Positions 31,555 through 40,440 of a stretch of DNA of 64,000 nucleotides are shown here, one piece after another. Within the stretch, counting starts at the first letter, position 1; every line of letters begins with the position of its first letter. Source of the DNA: an uncultured Bacilli bacterium. GTDB lineage: Bacteria > Bacillota_I > Bacilli_A > RF39 > UBA660. Where the stretch lies: positions 64,379 to 128,378 of the forward strand of contig CAKOHR010000001.1 of assembly GCA_934085825.1 (NCBI GenBank), in the 5' to 3' direction. The notes under the pieces were generated by a model. The model made no database searches and was not told the origin of the DNA. It worked only from the letters and a program-made list of their open reading frames with translations. Both the position numbers and the translations under genes were made by a program.

Positions 31555-32395
31555 ATGTGAACTGGCGGAGTTTTTTCAAAACTTCAAAAAAGTTTTATTT
31601 AAACCAGAGATGGCAATTTTGCCAGGTCAACTTGCTTACTTCTTTGTTCTAGCAATTGTACCCACAATAACTTTGATAAGCTATGAAGCAACACTTCTTA
31701 ATTTATCAACTGATGTGATATATGATTTTATTGGTTCAGCTTTTTCTGAAGATATTGCTAGTATGCTTTTAGCATCTCCAAATCAATCTGAAAAAGGTAT
31801 AGGATTTTTTCTAGTTGTAATTGTTGGGTATTTCATTGCGTCAAATGGACCTGCTTCAATAATTATTACTTCAAATACGATTTATGGAGAAAAACAGGAC
31901 GGATTTTTTAGAAGAAGATTAAAAGCTTTAATTATGACCTTTGTCTTAGTTTTACTTTTCATATTTATGTTAATAGTACCAGTTTTTGGTACTAAAATAA
32001 TTGAATTGTTTAAATTTGTGGATTTAAAAAGTGGAGTAGCAGAAAATATATCTATGATCATAAGTATTATGCAGGGACCAGTTACATGGCTCATAATGTA
32101 TTTCTTTATTAAGATTCTTTATACTATGGCTCCGAATAAAAAAGTTAGAAGTAAAAATGTTGGTTATGGGGCTTTATTTACAACATTTTCATGGGTAATT
32201 ATCACATATATTTATTCATATTATATAAATAATTTAGCTCACTATTCTACATTTTATGGAGGACTAGCTAATATTGTAATTTTAATGTTTTGGTTCTATC
32301 TTCTTGCATATGCCTTTACAATAGGAATGGCTCTTAATTATCGTAAAGAAGAGATAGAATTAGAAAAAACTGGAACTATAAATTCCATTAAATAG
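31541..32395 (+). CDS. YihY/BrkB family membrane protein
   Basis: QLAYFFVLAIVPTITLI, typical of the YihY/RNase BN-like family, with six TM helices. Confidence 0.7.
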   Translation: MKKLKCELAEFFQNFKKVLFKPEMAILPGQLAYFFVLAIVPTITLISYEATLLNLSTDVIYDFIGSAFSEDIASMLLASPNQSEKGIGFFLVVIVGYFIASNGPASIIITSNTIYGEKQDGFFRRRLKALIMTFVLVLLFIFMLIVPVFGTKIIELFKFVDLKSGVAENISMIISIMQGPVTWLIMYFFIKILYTMAPNKKVRSKNVGYGALFTTFSWVIITYIYSYYINNLAHYSTFYGGLANIVILMFWFYLLAYAFTIGMALNYRKEEIELEKTGTINSIK

Positions 32396-32654
32396 AGAAT
32401 AATAAAGTTATGTACTACGGGTATTACTTATGTACATGATTCCTTTCTTCGATATAACTCTAGTATTAATTTACCTAAAATATATTGAAGAGTAATATTC
32501 AAATAAGACTTGCTTAGTGTGAGTCTTGTTTTTAGTTAAATATTAAAAATAGTGTTATAACAATTGTTCTTTTAACAAAATAATTGTAAAATTTTTTAAA
32601 ATATATTTACATTTTAGTAATATTTTGATAATATTTAATATATAGAATAAAGAG

Positions 32655-33494
32655 GTGCAATTAATTATGAAAGATTTCATTTATGAATTATATCAAAATG
32701 ATAATTTTACTTTGTGGTTAACGATAGCTTTAGTAGTATTAATTATTCTTTTTGTGATAGTATATTTCTTTGGTAAAAAGGATGAAAAGTTAGAAGAAAC
32801 GAGAAGACTTCAAAAAATAGAATTGGATGCTTTTAAAAAAGAAGAGGAAAACTCTAAAAAAATTGAAGTTAAAGAAGAACCTAAGATTGAAGAAAAAGAA
32901 GAAATACGACCTATTGAAGTGGTAAATGAAGAAGTAAATGTTACAGAATTTAAACCAAGTATTGAAGATACTGAAGAAGAAATTGAACTTCCTAAAGTAA
33001 ATGTTGAGTCTAGAGCTAGTAAACCTTTATTTAGTGATCATGAGGAAGAAGAAAGTCCAATTAGTATTAATGAATTACCTGAAATAAAAATCGATGAAAA
33101 AGATGAACAAATTGAGAGTGGTTTATCTAATTTAGAAGCAATTAAAAACGAATTTAATAATATTGATATTCCTGAAATTAAGGAAGAAATTGTACCAGAA
33201 CAAAAACCAGTATTTAAATCTAGTCCTCAAATATTTAGTTCAGTTTTTGTTAATAAAAAGGATGAAAATATAAGTAATAATAATACAGAAGAAGTTGTTA
33301 CAAAGATAGAAGAAAAAGAAGAAAAATCTGAACCTCTTATTAAAACTTTTATAATTGAAGATGATGATGATGAAATGGATTTACCAACATTAAAAAAAGA
33401 TGAAGAATCTGTTAAACCATTAGTATCTGATGAAAATGATAAAAAATCAAGTCTTTTGGATGATGTGAATGGGGAAATATATGAATTAAAATAG
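32655..33494 (+). CDS. hypothetical membrane-anchored, highly acidic E/K-rich protein
   Basis: N-terminal TM helix, then a low-complexity E/K/D-rich region. Confidence 0.45.
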   Translation: MQLIMKDFIYELYQNDNFTLWLTIALVVLIILFVIVYFFGKKDEKLEETRRLQKIELDAFKKEEENSKKIEVKEEPKIEEKEEIRPIEVVNEEVNVTEFKPSIEDTEEEIELPKVNVESRASKPLFSDHEEEESPISINELPEIKIDEKDEQIESGLSNLEAIKNEFNNIDIPEIKEEIVPEQKPVFKSSPQIFSSVFVNKKDENISNNNTEEVVTKIEEKEEKSEPLIKTFIIEDDDDEMDLPTLKKDEESVKPLVSDENDKKSSLLDDVNGEIYELK

Positions 33495-33516
33495 AGCTTA
33501 GCTCTATTTTTCCTTT
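33491..33516 (+). terminator. rho-independent terminator
   Basis: atagagc tta gctctat hairpin plus a T-run. Confidence 0.5.
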
Positions 33517-33611
33517 TTTATATACTAAGATAGTTATCCTAATTCTACAAAAACAAATCTTGATATATGGCCGAACATATGGTATAATTCGATTATCATG
33601 GAGGCATTATA

Positions 33612-34449
33612 ATGACTATATATAAAGCATATAAATTTAGAATTTATCCAAATAGAGAGTAAAAGGTAATGATAGATAAAACTTTGGATGTACGAGGTTT
33701 GTTTTCAATAAATTCTTAGTAGAAAGAAAAAAATATGAAGAAAACAAAATTAAATTAAGTGCTTATGATGAGTTAAAAGAACTAATTGATTTTAAAAAAA
33801 GTGGCTTAAAGAAGTAGATTCATGTGATCTTCAAAAATGTGTATTTAACTTAGATGATGCATTTAAGAATTTTTTTTCGTGAAAATTGATATCCAAAATA
33901 TAGAAGCAAAGGAGAACATGAAAGTTATACAACAAATAACACATTAAATGAATATAAAAATGTTAAATATGAAAGTATAAGAATAGATTTAAAAAAATAA
34001 AGTAATAACATTACCAAGACTAAAAAAAGTAAAGTTTCGAGATATAGAAAACCAAAGTAGTAATAGGAAAAATAAAGTCAGCAACAATTAGTAAAGATGC
34101 TAGCAAGTATTTTGTAAGCATCCTTGTTGAAGAGCCGTTTACTAAACCAACTATAAATCCAACATCAATCTTGGGATTAGATTTAGGCATCAAAGATTTT
34201 ATAATTACTTCATATGGAGAAAAACTAAAAAATGAGGTAAAAGTAAATGAATATTATCCAAGTAGCGAGGTTTGCAATAGATGTGAATATAAAAATGAAG
34301 AAGTAAATGATTTAAGTGTAAGAAAATGGATATGTCCAAGATGTGGAATGGATCATGATAGAGATATAAATGTAAGTGAAAATATAATGTATAATATAAA
34401 TAGGAACGAAATAGCTAAAAATATTAGGGTGGCGACTATCCGAAGTTGA
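33612..34449 (+). pseudogene. tnpB pseudogene (multiple frameshifts, internal deletion)
   Basis: Segments homologous to TnpB lie in three frames. The zinc-finger fragment CNRCEY...CPRCG is retained in ORF 34171..34449. Confidence 0.6.
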
Positions 34450-34536
34450 TCTGCTTGAGAAACTTTGGTTTTCAGCGAAACAGAAAAGTGTTACCGTGAG
34501 GTAACACTGCTACTTGAATTTTGTTAGAAATTTAAG
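34425..34536 (+). ncRNA. omega-RNA-like right-end scaffold of the decayed element
   Basis: About 85% identical to 18805-18916. The gtgttaccgtgaggtaacac hairpin is retained, and there are compensatory changes in the gaaacc/ggtttc stem. Confidence 0.45.
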
Positions 34537-34596
34537 CTTTGTTGTGGTTGCTTTCAAAATAAAATTAGTTTAAAATAAATATTGTGAGAGGTAATT

Positions 34597-34812
34597 ATGA
34601 ATGAAGATATAAAAAAATATGGTATTATGTTGATAATAAATGTAATTTTGTTAATAGTGGAATTGATTTTTAAAATTAAGGGTGTGTTTGGACTTGTACT
34701 TTGTATATTAAGTATTTATTTTATTATTGCTTTATCGATTAGAATACTAAGGTTAACAAATTTATTTAATGAAGAAATAATGGAGAAAATAGATATATTA
34801 TTCTTTCTATGA
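34597..34812 (+). CDS. small hydrophobic membrane protein, first gene of the radical-SAM operon
   Basis: 71 aa with two TM helices. Its stop overlaps the start of the radical-SAM gene (ATGA). Confidence 0.45.
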   Translation: MNEDIKKYGIMLIINVILLIVELIFKIKGVFGLVLCILSIYFIIALSIRILRLTNLFNEEIMEKIDILFFL

Positions 34813-35606
34813 AGTATAAAAAAGTATATATAGAAATAACTAATAATTGTAACCTTAATTGTAGCTTTTGTATTCATAATAAACGTAAAGGTAAATTTAT
34901 GACAATGAATGAATTTAAAATAATTTTGAATAAAATGAAAGGCTATACTAAATATTTATATTTTCATGTTTTAGGAGAACCTCTATTGCATCCTTGTATA
35001 AATGAACTTATTGATGAAGCAAGTAAAGATTTTTATGTGAATATTACAACTAATGGGTATTTAATAAAAAATATAAAAAATAATAAAAATATAAGACAAA
35101 TAAATATATCTCTTCATAGTAGTCTAAATAATAAGGAAAAGTATTTAGAAAGTATTTTTGAAGTAGTTGATAATTTAAAAAAATATACTTATATAAATTA
35201 TAGACTTTGGACTAATAAAAGTGATGAAATAATTAATATTTTAGAAAAAAAGTATAATGTAAAAATTAAAGATTCTAGAAAATTAGAAGAAAATGTTTTT
35301 ATAGATTTTGATAAAGAATTTATTTGGCCTGATTTAAATAACAATATTTGTAAAACATATGGTAGGTGTTATGCTTTGAGGGATCATATAGGAATTTTAG
35401 TTGATGGTACTGTTATTCCTTGTTGTTTGGATGGAAATGGAAAAATTAATTTAGGGAATATATTTGAGGATGATTTAGAAAAAATAATAAATAGTGATAG
35501 ATGTAAATGTATGATAAATGGATTTAAAGAAAGAAAACTTGTAGAACCATTATGTAAACATTGTGGTTTTATAGATAAATTAAGTAAAGATGGAGGTAAA
35601 ATATGA
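34809..35606 (+). CDS. radical SAM protein with C-terminal SPASM/twitch-like Cys-rich domain
   Basis: ITNNCNLNCSFC (Cx3Cx2C) at residues 14-21. The C-terminus has 8 Cys (CKTYGRC, PCC, CKC, CKHCG). Confidence 0.8.
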   Translation: MKYKKVYIEITNNCNLNCSFCIHNKRKGKFMTMNEFKIILNKMKGYTKYLYFHVLGEPLLHPCINELIDEASKDFYVNITTNGYLIKNIKNNKNIRQINISLHSSLNNKEKYLESIFEVVDNLKKYTYINYRLWTNKSDEIINILEKKYNVKIKDSRKLEENVFIDFDKEFIWPDLNNNICKTYGRCYALRDHIGILVDGTVIPCCLDGNGKINLGNIFEDDLEKIINSDRCKCMINGFKERKLVEPLCKHCGFIDKLSKDGGKI

Positions 35607-36712
35607 AAAAATTTGCATGTAAAAACGAAAATGCTATATATTTTGAGACAATTGAAAGTGATTTTAGAACACCTTTTTTTAGAGACATTGATAAGATACT
35701 ATATTCTTTAGCTTTTCAAAGATATATGGATAAAACTCAAGTATTTTCTTTTAAAGAAAATGACCATTTAACAAAAAGAATGATACATGTTTTGTATGTT
35801 AGTAAAATTGCTAGAACAATAGGTAGGAGCTTAGGCTTAAACGAAGATTTAATTGAAGCTGGGGCACTTGGACATGATCTTGGACATACACCATTTGGAC
35901 ATGTTGGAGAAGCAATTTTAAATGAAATAAGTTTAAATGCTGGATGTGGATATTTTAATCATAATGTTCATAGTGTAAGACTTTTAATGAATATTGAAAA
36001 TTATGGAAATGGTAAAAATATAACATTACAGACGCTTGATGCAATCCTTTGTCATAATGGTGAAATAGTAGAAGGTATTTATAAGCCGTGTTCAAAGACT
36101 AAAGATAAGTTTTTAGAAGAATATAAAAATACTTATACAGATAAGGATGCATGTAAAAAGCTTTCTCCGATGACTTTGGAAGGGTGTGTTGTTAGAATTA
36201 GTGATTTAATTGCTTATCTTGGTAGAGATATAGATGATGCAATAAGAATGAATCTTTTAAAATGGGATGATATACCTGAAAATATTACAAAAGTTTTAGG
36301 GAAAAATAATAGTGAAATAGTAAATACAATTATAAATGATATTATAAAAAATAGTGAAGGTAAAAATTACATTAAGTTAAGTGAGGATGTTTATAAAGCT
36401 ATATGTGATTTAAAAGATTTTAATTATAAAAATATTTATTATAAAGCATATACTGATGAAGAGAGAAAGCTTTTGAAGAAGATGATTTTTACTTTATATA
36501 ATACTTATTTGGAGGATTTGGAAAACAATAATTATGAAAGTAATATTATTAAGTCATATTTAAGTAATATGAGTGATGAATATAAAAAAAATAGTAATGC
36601 AAGAATTGCTATTGATTATATTGCTGGAATGACTGATGATTATACTTTAAAAGAATATAATAAAATTTTAAAAATTAAACATAATAGTATTGAGGTGCAA
36701 AATGAAATATAA
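35603..36712 (+). CDS. HD-domain phosphohydrolase (dGTP triphosphohydrolase-like)
   Basis: HVLYVSKIARTIGRSLGL...GALGHDLGHTPFGH (H..HD motif). Overlapping start/stop with its neighbours. Confidence 0.75.
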   Translation: MKKFACKNENAIYFETIESDFRTPFFRDIDKILYSLAFQRYMDKTQVFSFKENDHLTKRMIHVLYVSKIARTIGRSLGLNEDLIEAGALGHDLGHTPFGHVGEAILNEISLNAGCGYFNHNVHSVRLLMNIENYGNGKNITLQTLDAILCHNGEIVEGIYKPCSKTKDKFLEEYKNTYTDKDACKKLSPMTLEGCVVRISDLIAYLGRDIDDAIRMNLLKWDDIPENITKVLGKNNSEIVNTIINDIIKNSEGKNYIKLSEDVYKAICDLKDFNYKNIYYKAYTDEERKLLKKMIFTLYNTYLEDLENNNYESNIIKSYLSNMSDEYKKNSNARIAIDYIAGMTDDYTLKEYNKILKIKHNSIEVQNEI

Positions 36713-37967
36713 AACTTATAATTGTAATTCATTTAATGTTTATACAATTAAAACGGATAAATTTAAAACTAGTCATGTGGAAGTGATTTTTAGAAATATT
36801 GCAAATAAGGAAGATATAGGAGATTATTCTTTTTTAGCAGATATGTTGAGTGAATCAAGTAAAAAATATCCACGTAAAAAAGATTTAATTACAAAGTTTG
36901 AAGAACTTTATAAAATAGTTGTTTTTGCAACAACAGTTAGAGTTGGAAATACTTTAGATTTTCATGTGTCTTTGGATTTTATTAATCCTGAATATATAAA
37001 TGATAAAAATTATATAGAAGAAGTAATTAAAACATTATTTGATATCATAGAAAATCCGAATGTAACTAATGATGAATTTGATTTGAAAACATTTAATATT
37101 GTTAAAGAGAGAATAAAAAGAGAAATAAATAGTTTAAAAGAAAACCCTATGAAACAAAGTATTAAAGAGGCTTTTAAAACTATGAATACTGATACTGCTA
37201 CATCATATGAACTTTTGGGAACACTAGAAAGCTTAGAGAAAATAACTCCTTCTAGTTTATATAAAACTTATAAAAGCTTGAGAAAAAACTTTAAAGTAGA
37301 TATATTTTTAATTGGTAATTTAGAGATGGATGATACTGTTTCATTAATAAAGAAAAATTTTAAAAATAGATATATTGTTGAAGATAAATTTGATTTAATG
37401 GTTGATAATAAAGATGTTAAAAAACCTATTGTAAGAAGTATGCCATCTGATAATGTTCAAGCTAATTTAGTTATGATTTTTAATTTGAAAAATTTTACAG
37501 ATCTTGAAAAAAATATAACTTTTAATATTTTTAATTATTTGTATGGTAGTGGTGGTCTTACATCAAAGTTATATCAAAGTATTAGAGAAAAAAATAGTTT
37601 ATGTTATGCTATAAGTAGTATGTATTTAAAATATGATAAATTATTACTTGTTCATATTTCTTTGGAACAAGCTAATGTTAAAAAAGCTGTTAATTTAGTA
37701 AAAAAAGAATTAAAAAATATGCAAAATGGAGATTTTTCTTTAGAAGAATTAAATGATGCTATTAATAATATGGTAATTTCTTTAGATATGGCTGGAGATA
37801 ATACTGTATCTATTATTAATAATTATGTATTTCATATTTTTGATAATTTACCTATGCCTGATGAAAGAATTGAAATGTTTAAAAATGTAAAAAAAGAAGA
37901 TGTTATAAACGTTGCTAAGAAAGTAAAACTAAATACAATATTTACCCTAGAAGGGAGAAGTAATTAA
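36702..37967 (+). CDS. M16-family peptidase-like protein (non-catalytic subunit, no HxxEH)
   Basis: GAGGTG RBS then ATG at 36702. M16 fold-like length and position, lacking the zinc motif. Paired with the active M16 downstream (YmfF/YmfH-like or PqqF/AlbE-F-like pair). Confidence 0.7.
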   Translation: MKYKTYNCNSFNVYTIKTDKFKTSHVEVIFRNIANKEDIGDYSFLADMLSESSKKYPRKKDLITKFEELYKIVVFATTVRVGNTLDFHVSLDFINPEYINDKNYIEEVIKTLFDIIENPNVTNDEFDLKTFNIVKERIKREINSLKENPMKQSIKEAFKTMNTDTATSYELLGTLESLEKITPSSLYKTYKSLRKNFKVDIFLIGNLEMDDTVSLIKKNFKNRYIVEDKFDLMVDNKDVKKPIVRSMPSDNVQANLVMIFNLKNFTDLEKNITFNIFNYLYGSGGLTSKLYQSIREKNSLCYAISSMYLKYDKLLLVHISLEQANVKKAVNLVKKELKNMQNGDFSLEELNDAINNMVISLDMAGDNTVSIINNYVFHIFDNLPMPDERIEMFKNVKKEDVINVAKKVKLNTIFTLEGRSN

Positions 37968-39253
37968 TGGAAGAATTAAAGTTAAAGGGCTTAAATGAAG
38001 TTATATATGTTTATGAAACTAAATGTGGGCTTAAAATATATATGTGGGTTAATGAAAAAATAAGTAGTATGTATGCTTCTTTATCCGTTAGATATGGTTC
38101 AGTTCATACAAAGTTTAAAATAGGAAAGAAAACATATGAAGTACCAAATGGACTTGCTCATTTTCTTGAACATGTTAAATTTAATGTTGATGAAGAAACT
38201 ACAGCACATGATAAATTTTATAAAATAGGGGGAGATTCAAATGCTTTTACAACATTTGATTATACATCATATTTAGTCTTTGCTACTAAAAATAAGAAAG
38301 AAAATTTAGAAGAATTACTTGATTTTGTATATAATCCTTATTTTACTAAGAAAAATATTGCTAAAGAAAAAGGAATTATAGTGGAAGAAGCTAATATGGG
38401 TATTGATGATCCTTATAGTATTATATTTTTTCATACATTAAAAAATACTTTACAAAAATCTAAATTTAGGAATACAATTACTGGTACACCAGAAGATGTA
38501 GAAAGTATAACACTTGAAGATGTTAAACTTGCTTATGATGCATTTTATCATCCTAAAAATATGTTTTTGACTATTACAGGTAATTTTAATCCATATGAAA
38601 TGGCTAGTATTGTAGAAGAAAATTTAGCTAAAAAAGACTTTAAAGAGTATTTAAATCCTGTAGTAATTAAAGAAAACGAACCAAGGAAAGTTACTAAGAA
38701 GTATACTGAAGAAAAACTTAATTTAACTTATCCTCAAGTAAAATTTACTTTAAAAATGGATATGAATAATTTTAAAAATTATAGTAGATTGGAACTTAAA
38801 ATGTTAACTAATTTATTATTTAATATTAACTTTGGTGTTACTTCTGATTTTAAGGATGAATTAATGCAAAAAGGTATTATTCAAAGTCTGTTTGTTACAA
38901 ATGATATTTATGATGATAATTTTGTTATAACTATTACATCTACAACTAATTTTAAAGAAGAATTAATAAAGAGAGTAAAGGATAAATTAAATAATTTAAG
39001 TGTTAATGAAATAGATTTTAAAAGAAAAAAGAATGCTGCCATAGCAACACTTATCCTTGACTTTGAAGATTTAGAAAATGTAAGTTTTAGATTACAAGAC
39101 GATGTTTTAAATAATGGGGGAATTATTACTAATTTAAAAGAAATTCTTGAAGAAAAAGATGTTTCAGATTTAGAAAATTTAATTAAATTGATTGATACTG
39201 AAAATATGTCAATTAATGTATTTTTACCAAAAGAAAACCAAAAGGAAAAATAA
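37967..39253 (+). CDS. M16-family zinc peptidase (HxxEH)
   Basis: GLAHFLEHVKFN carries the inverted zinc-binding HxxEH motif of pitrilysin-family peptidases. Confidence 0.8.
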   Translation: MEELKLKGLNEVIYVYETKCGLKIYMWVNEKISSMYASLSVRYGSVHTKFKIGKKTYEVPNGLAHFLEHVKFNVDEETTAHDKFYKIGGDSNAFTTFDYTSYLVFATKNKKENLEELLDFVYNPYFTKKNIAKEKGIIVEEANMGIDDPYSIIFFHTLKNTLQKSKFRNTITGTPEDVESITLEDVKLAYDAFYHPKNMFLTITGNFNPYEMASIVEENLAKKDFKEYLNPVVIKENEPRKVTKKYTEEKLNLTYPQVKFTLKMDMNNFKNYSRLELKMLTNLLFNINFGVTSDFKDELMQKGIIQSLFVTNDIYDDNFVITITSTTNFKEELIKRVKDKLNNLSVNEIDFKRKKNAAIATLILDFEDLENVSFRLQDDVLNNGGIITNLKEILEEKDVSDLENLIKLIDTENMSINVFLPKENQKEK

Positions 39254-39272
39254 CCTTTTGGTTTTTAACATA

Positions 39273-39875
39273 CTATCTGTTGTAGAATTCAACGATAAGT
39301 TGTTCATTAATTTCTGGATTAAGTTCGCTTCTTTCAGGAAGTCTAACAAATTTACCAGTTAATTTCTTTTCATCCATTTCTAGAAAAGCTGGAACAGTTC
39401 TCTTTTGTTCAATTGCATCAAGGATAGCTGGATGATTCATAGAGTTTTCTTTAACAGAAATTATATCACCAACTTTAGTAGTGTATGAAGGAATATCAAC
39501 CTTTTTACCATTTACTAAAATATGTCCATGATTAACAATTTGACGAGCACTTCTTCTAGTTCTAGCCATACCTAGACGATAAACCATGTTATCAAGTCTA
39601 GATTCAAGAAGGATTAGTAAGTTTTCCCCAGCAATACCATGCATCTTTGAAGCTTTGTCAAATACTTTGTGGAATTGTTTTTCATTAAGTCCATAAAGAA
39701 TTCTAACTTTTTGTTTTTCTTGCATTTGGATACCATATTCACTTAACTTACGACGACGATCTTGTCCATGTTGTCCTGGTGCATAAGGTCTTTTAGCTAA
39801 ATCTTTGCCATTTTCTAATGTAGAAAAACCAAGTCTTCTAGATTTTTTATAAGCTGGTCCCGTATATCTTGCCAT
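39273..39875 (-). CDS. rpsD: 30S ribosomal protein S4
   Basis: [18 protein letters not shown]...GQHGQ is the canonical S4 N-terminus. The start was chosen at MARYTGP (the tracked ORF extends 5 codons further). Confidence 0.9.
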   Translation of the reverse strand: MARYTGPAYKKSRRLGFSTLENGKDLAKRPYAPGQHGQDRRRKLSEYGIQMQEKQKVRILYGLNEKQFHKVFDKASKMHGIAGENLLILLESRLDNMVYRLGMARTRRSARQIVNHGHILVNGKKVDIPSYTTKVGDIISVKENSMNHPAILDAIEQKRTVPAFLEMDEKKLTGKFVRLPERSELNPEINEQLIVEFYNR

Positions 39876-40440
39876 AAAATCTCCTTTCATTTTATTTGCA
39901 AAATATTTATTCTGTTATATCCATTAAATAGGGAGTTTGAATAATTTCTTCAAGGCAGTAAAGAATACTTTATTCCATTAAGGTTCAAACACATTATTTA
40001 TAGGTACAACTCTGCCTAAATAACTTGCAAGTGTATTATATAATAATTCTATGTGTATGTCAAACTATTTTTGAGATTAAATTATGTAATTTATTGACAA
40101 TTTAAAAAAATAACTTACAACTAATGTGTAATTATATTTTGAAAACCTGGCCCATTCCGTAATTTTTGGATAGGGTACGGACTTTCATTTTCTTTTAAAA
40201 ACTTTTATAAGTTTATATTTTTTTATTATCATTATTTTATTTAACCATTTTCTATGAAGGTCAGAATAAACTTTAATAACTTGATTAATAATATTTTTGG
40301 TATTTAATTTGTTTTTTCGTAATATCAAGTATAATAAAAAATTAACTTATTAAATAAGGCATTTTTACCAGTTTTTCCTTGACATTTGCTCCATTTTGTA
40401 TTATTATCTATTGGTATTTACAGAAAAAGGGTGAAGTTTT

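Larger units (their letters stand above)
33548..34536 (+). mobile_element. decayed, internally deleted copy of the TnpB-only IS200/IS605-family element
   Basis: Shares left-end and right-end blocks with the copy at 17574-18916. The tnpB frame is broken by stops and frameshifts (the MTIYKAYKFRIYPNRE stop at 33612-33662), and only a C-terminal fragment ORF survives (34171-34449). Confidence 0.65.

Noticed and set aside
32411-32440. 9-codon ORF MYYGYYLCT after the YihY gene considered as a mini-peptide
   Set aside because: The sequence is an inverted repeat (atgtac...gtacat) and is more plausibly a terminator or stem-loop than a coding sequence.
34597-34812. 71-aa ORF considered as the radical-SAM precursor peptide
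   Set aside because: It is strongly hydrophobic with two predicted TM helices, a single Cys and no leader/core organisation. It is more likely a membrane or immunity-type component than a RiPP precursor.
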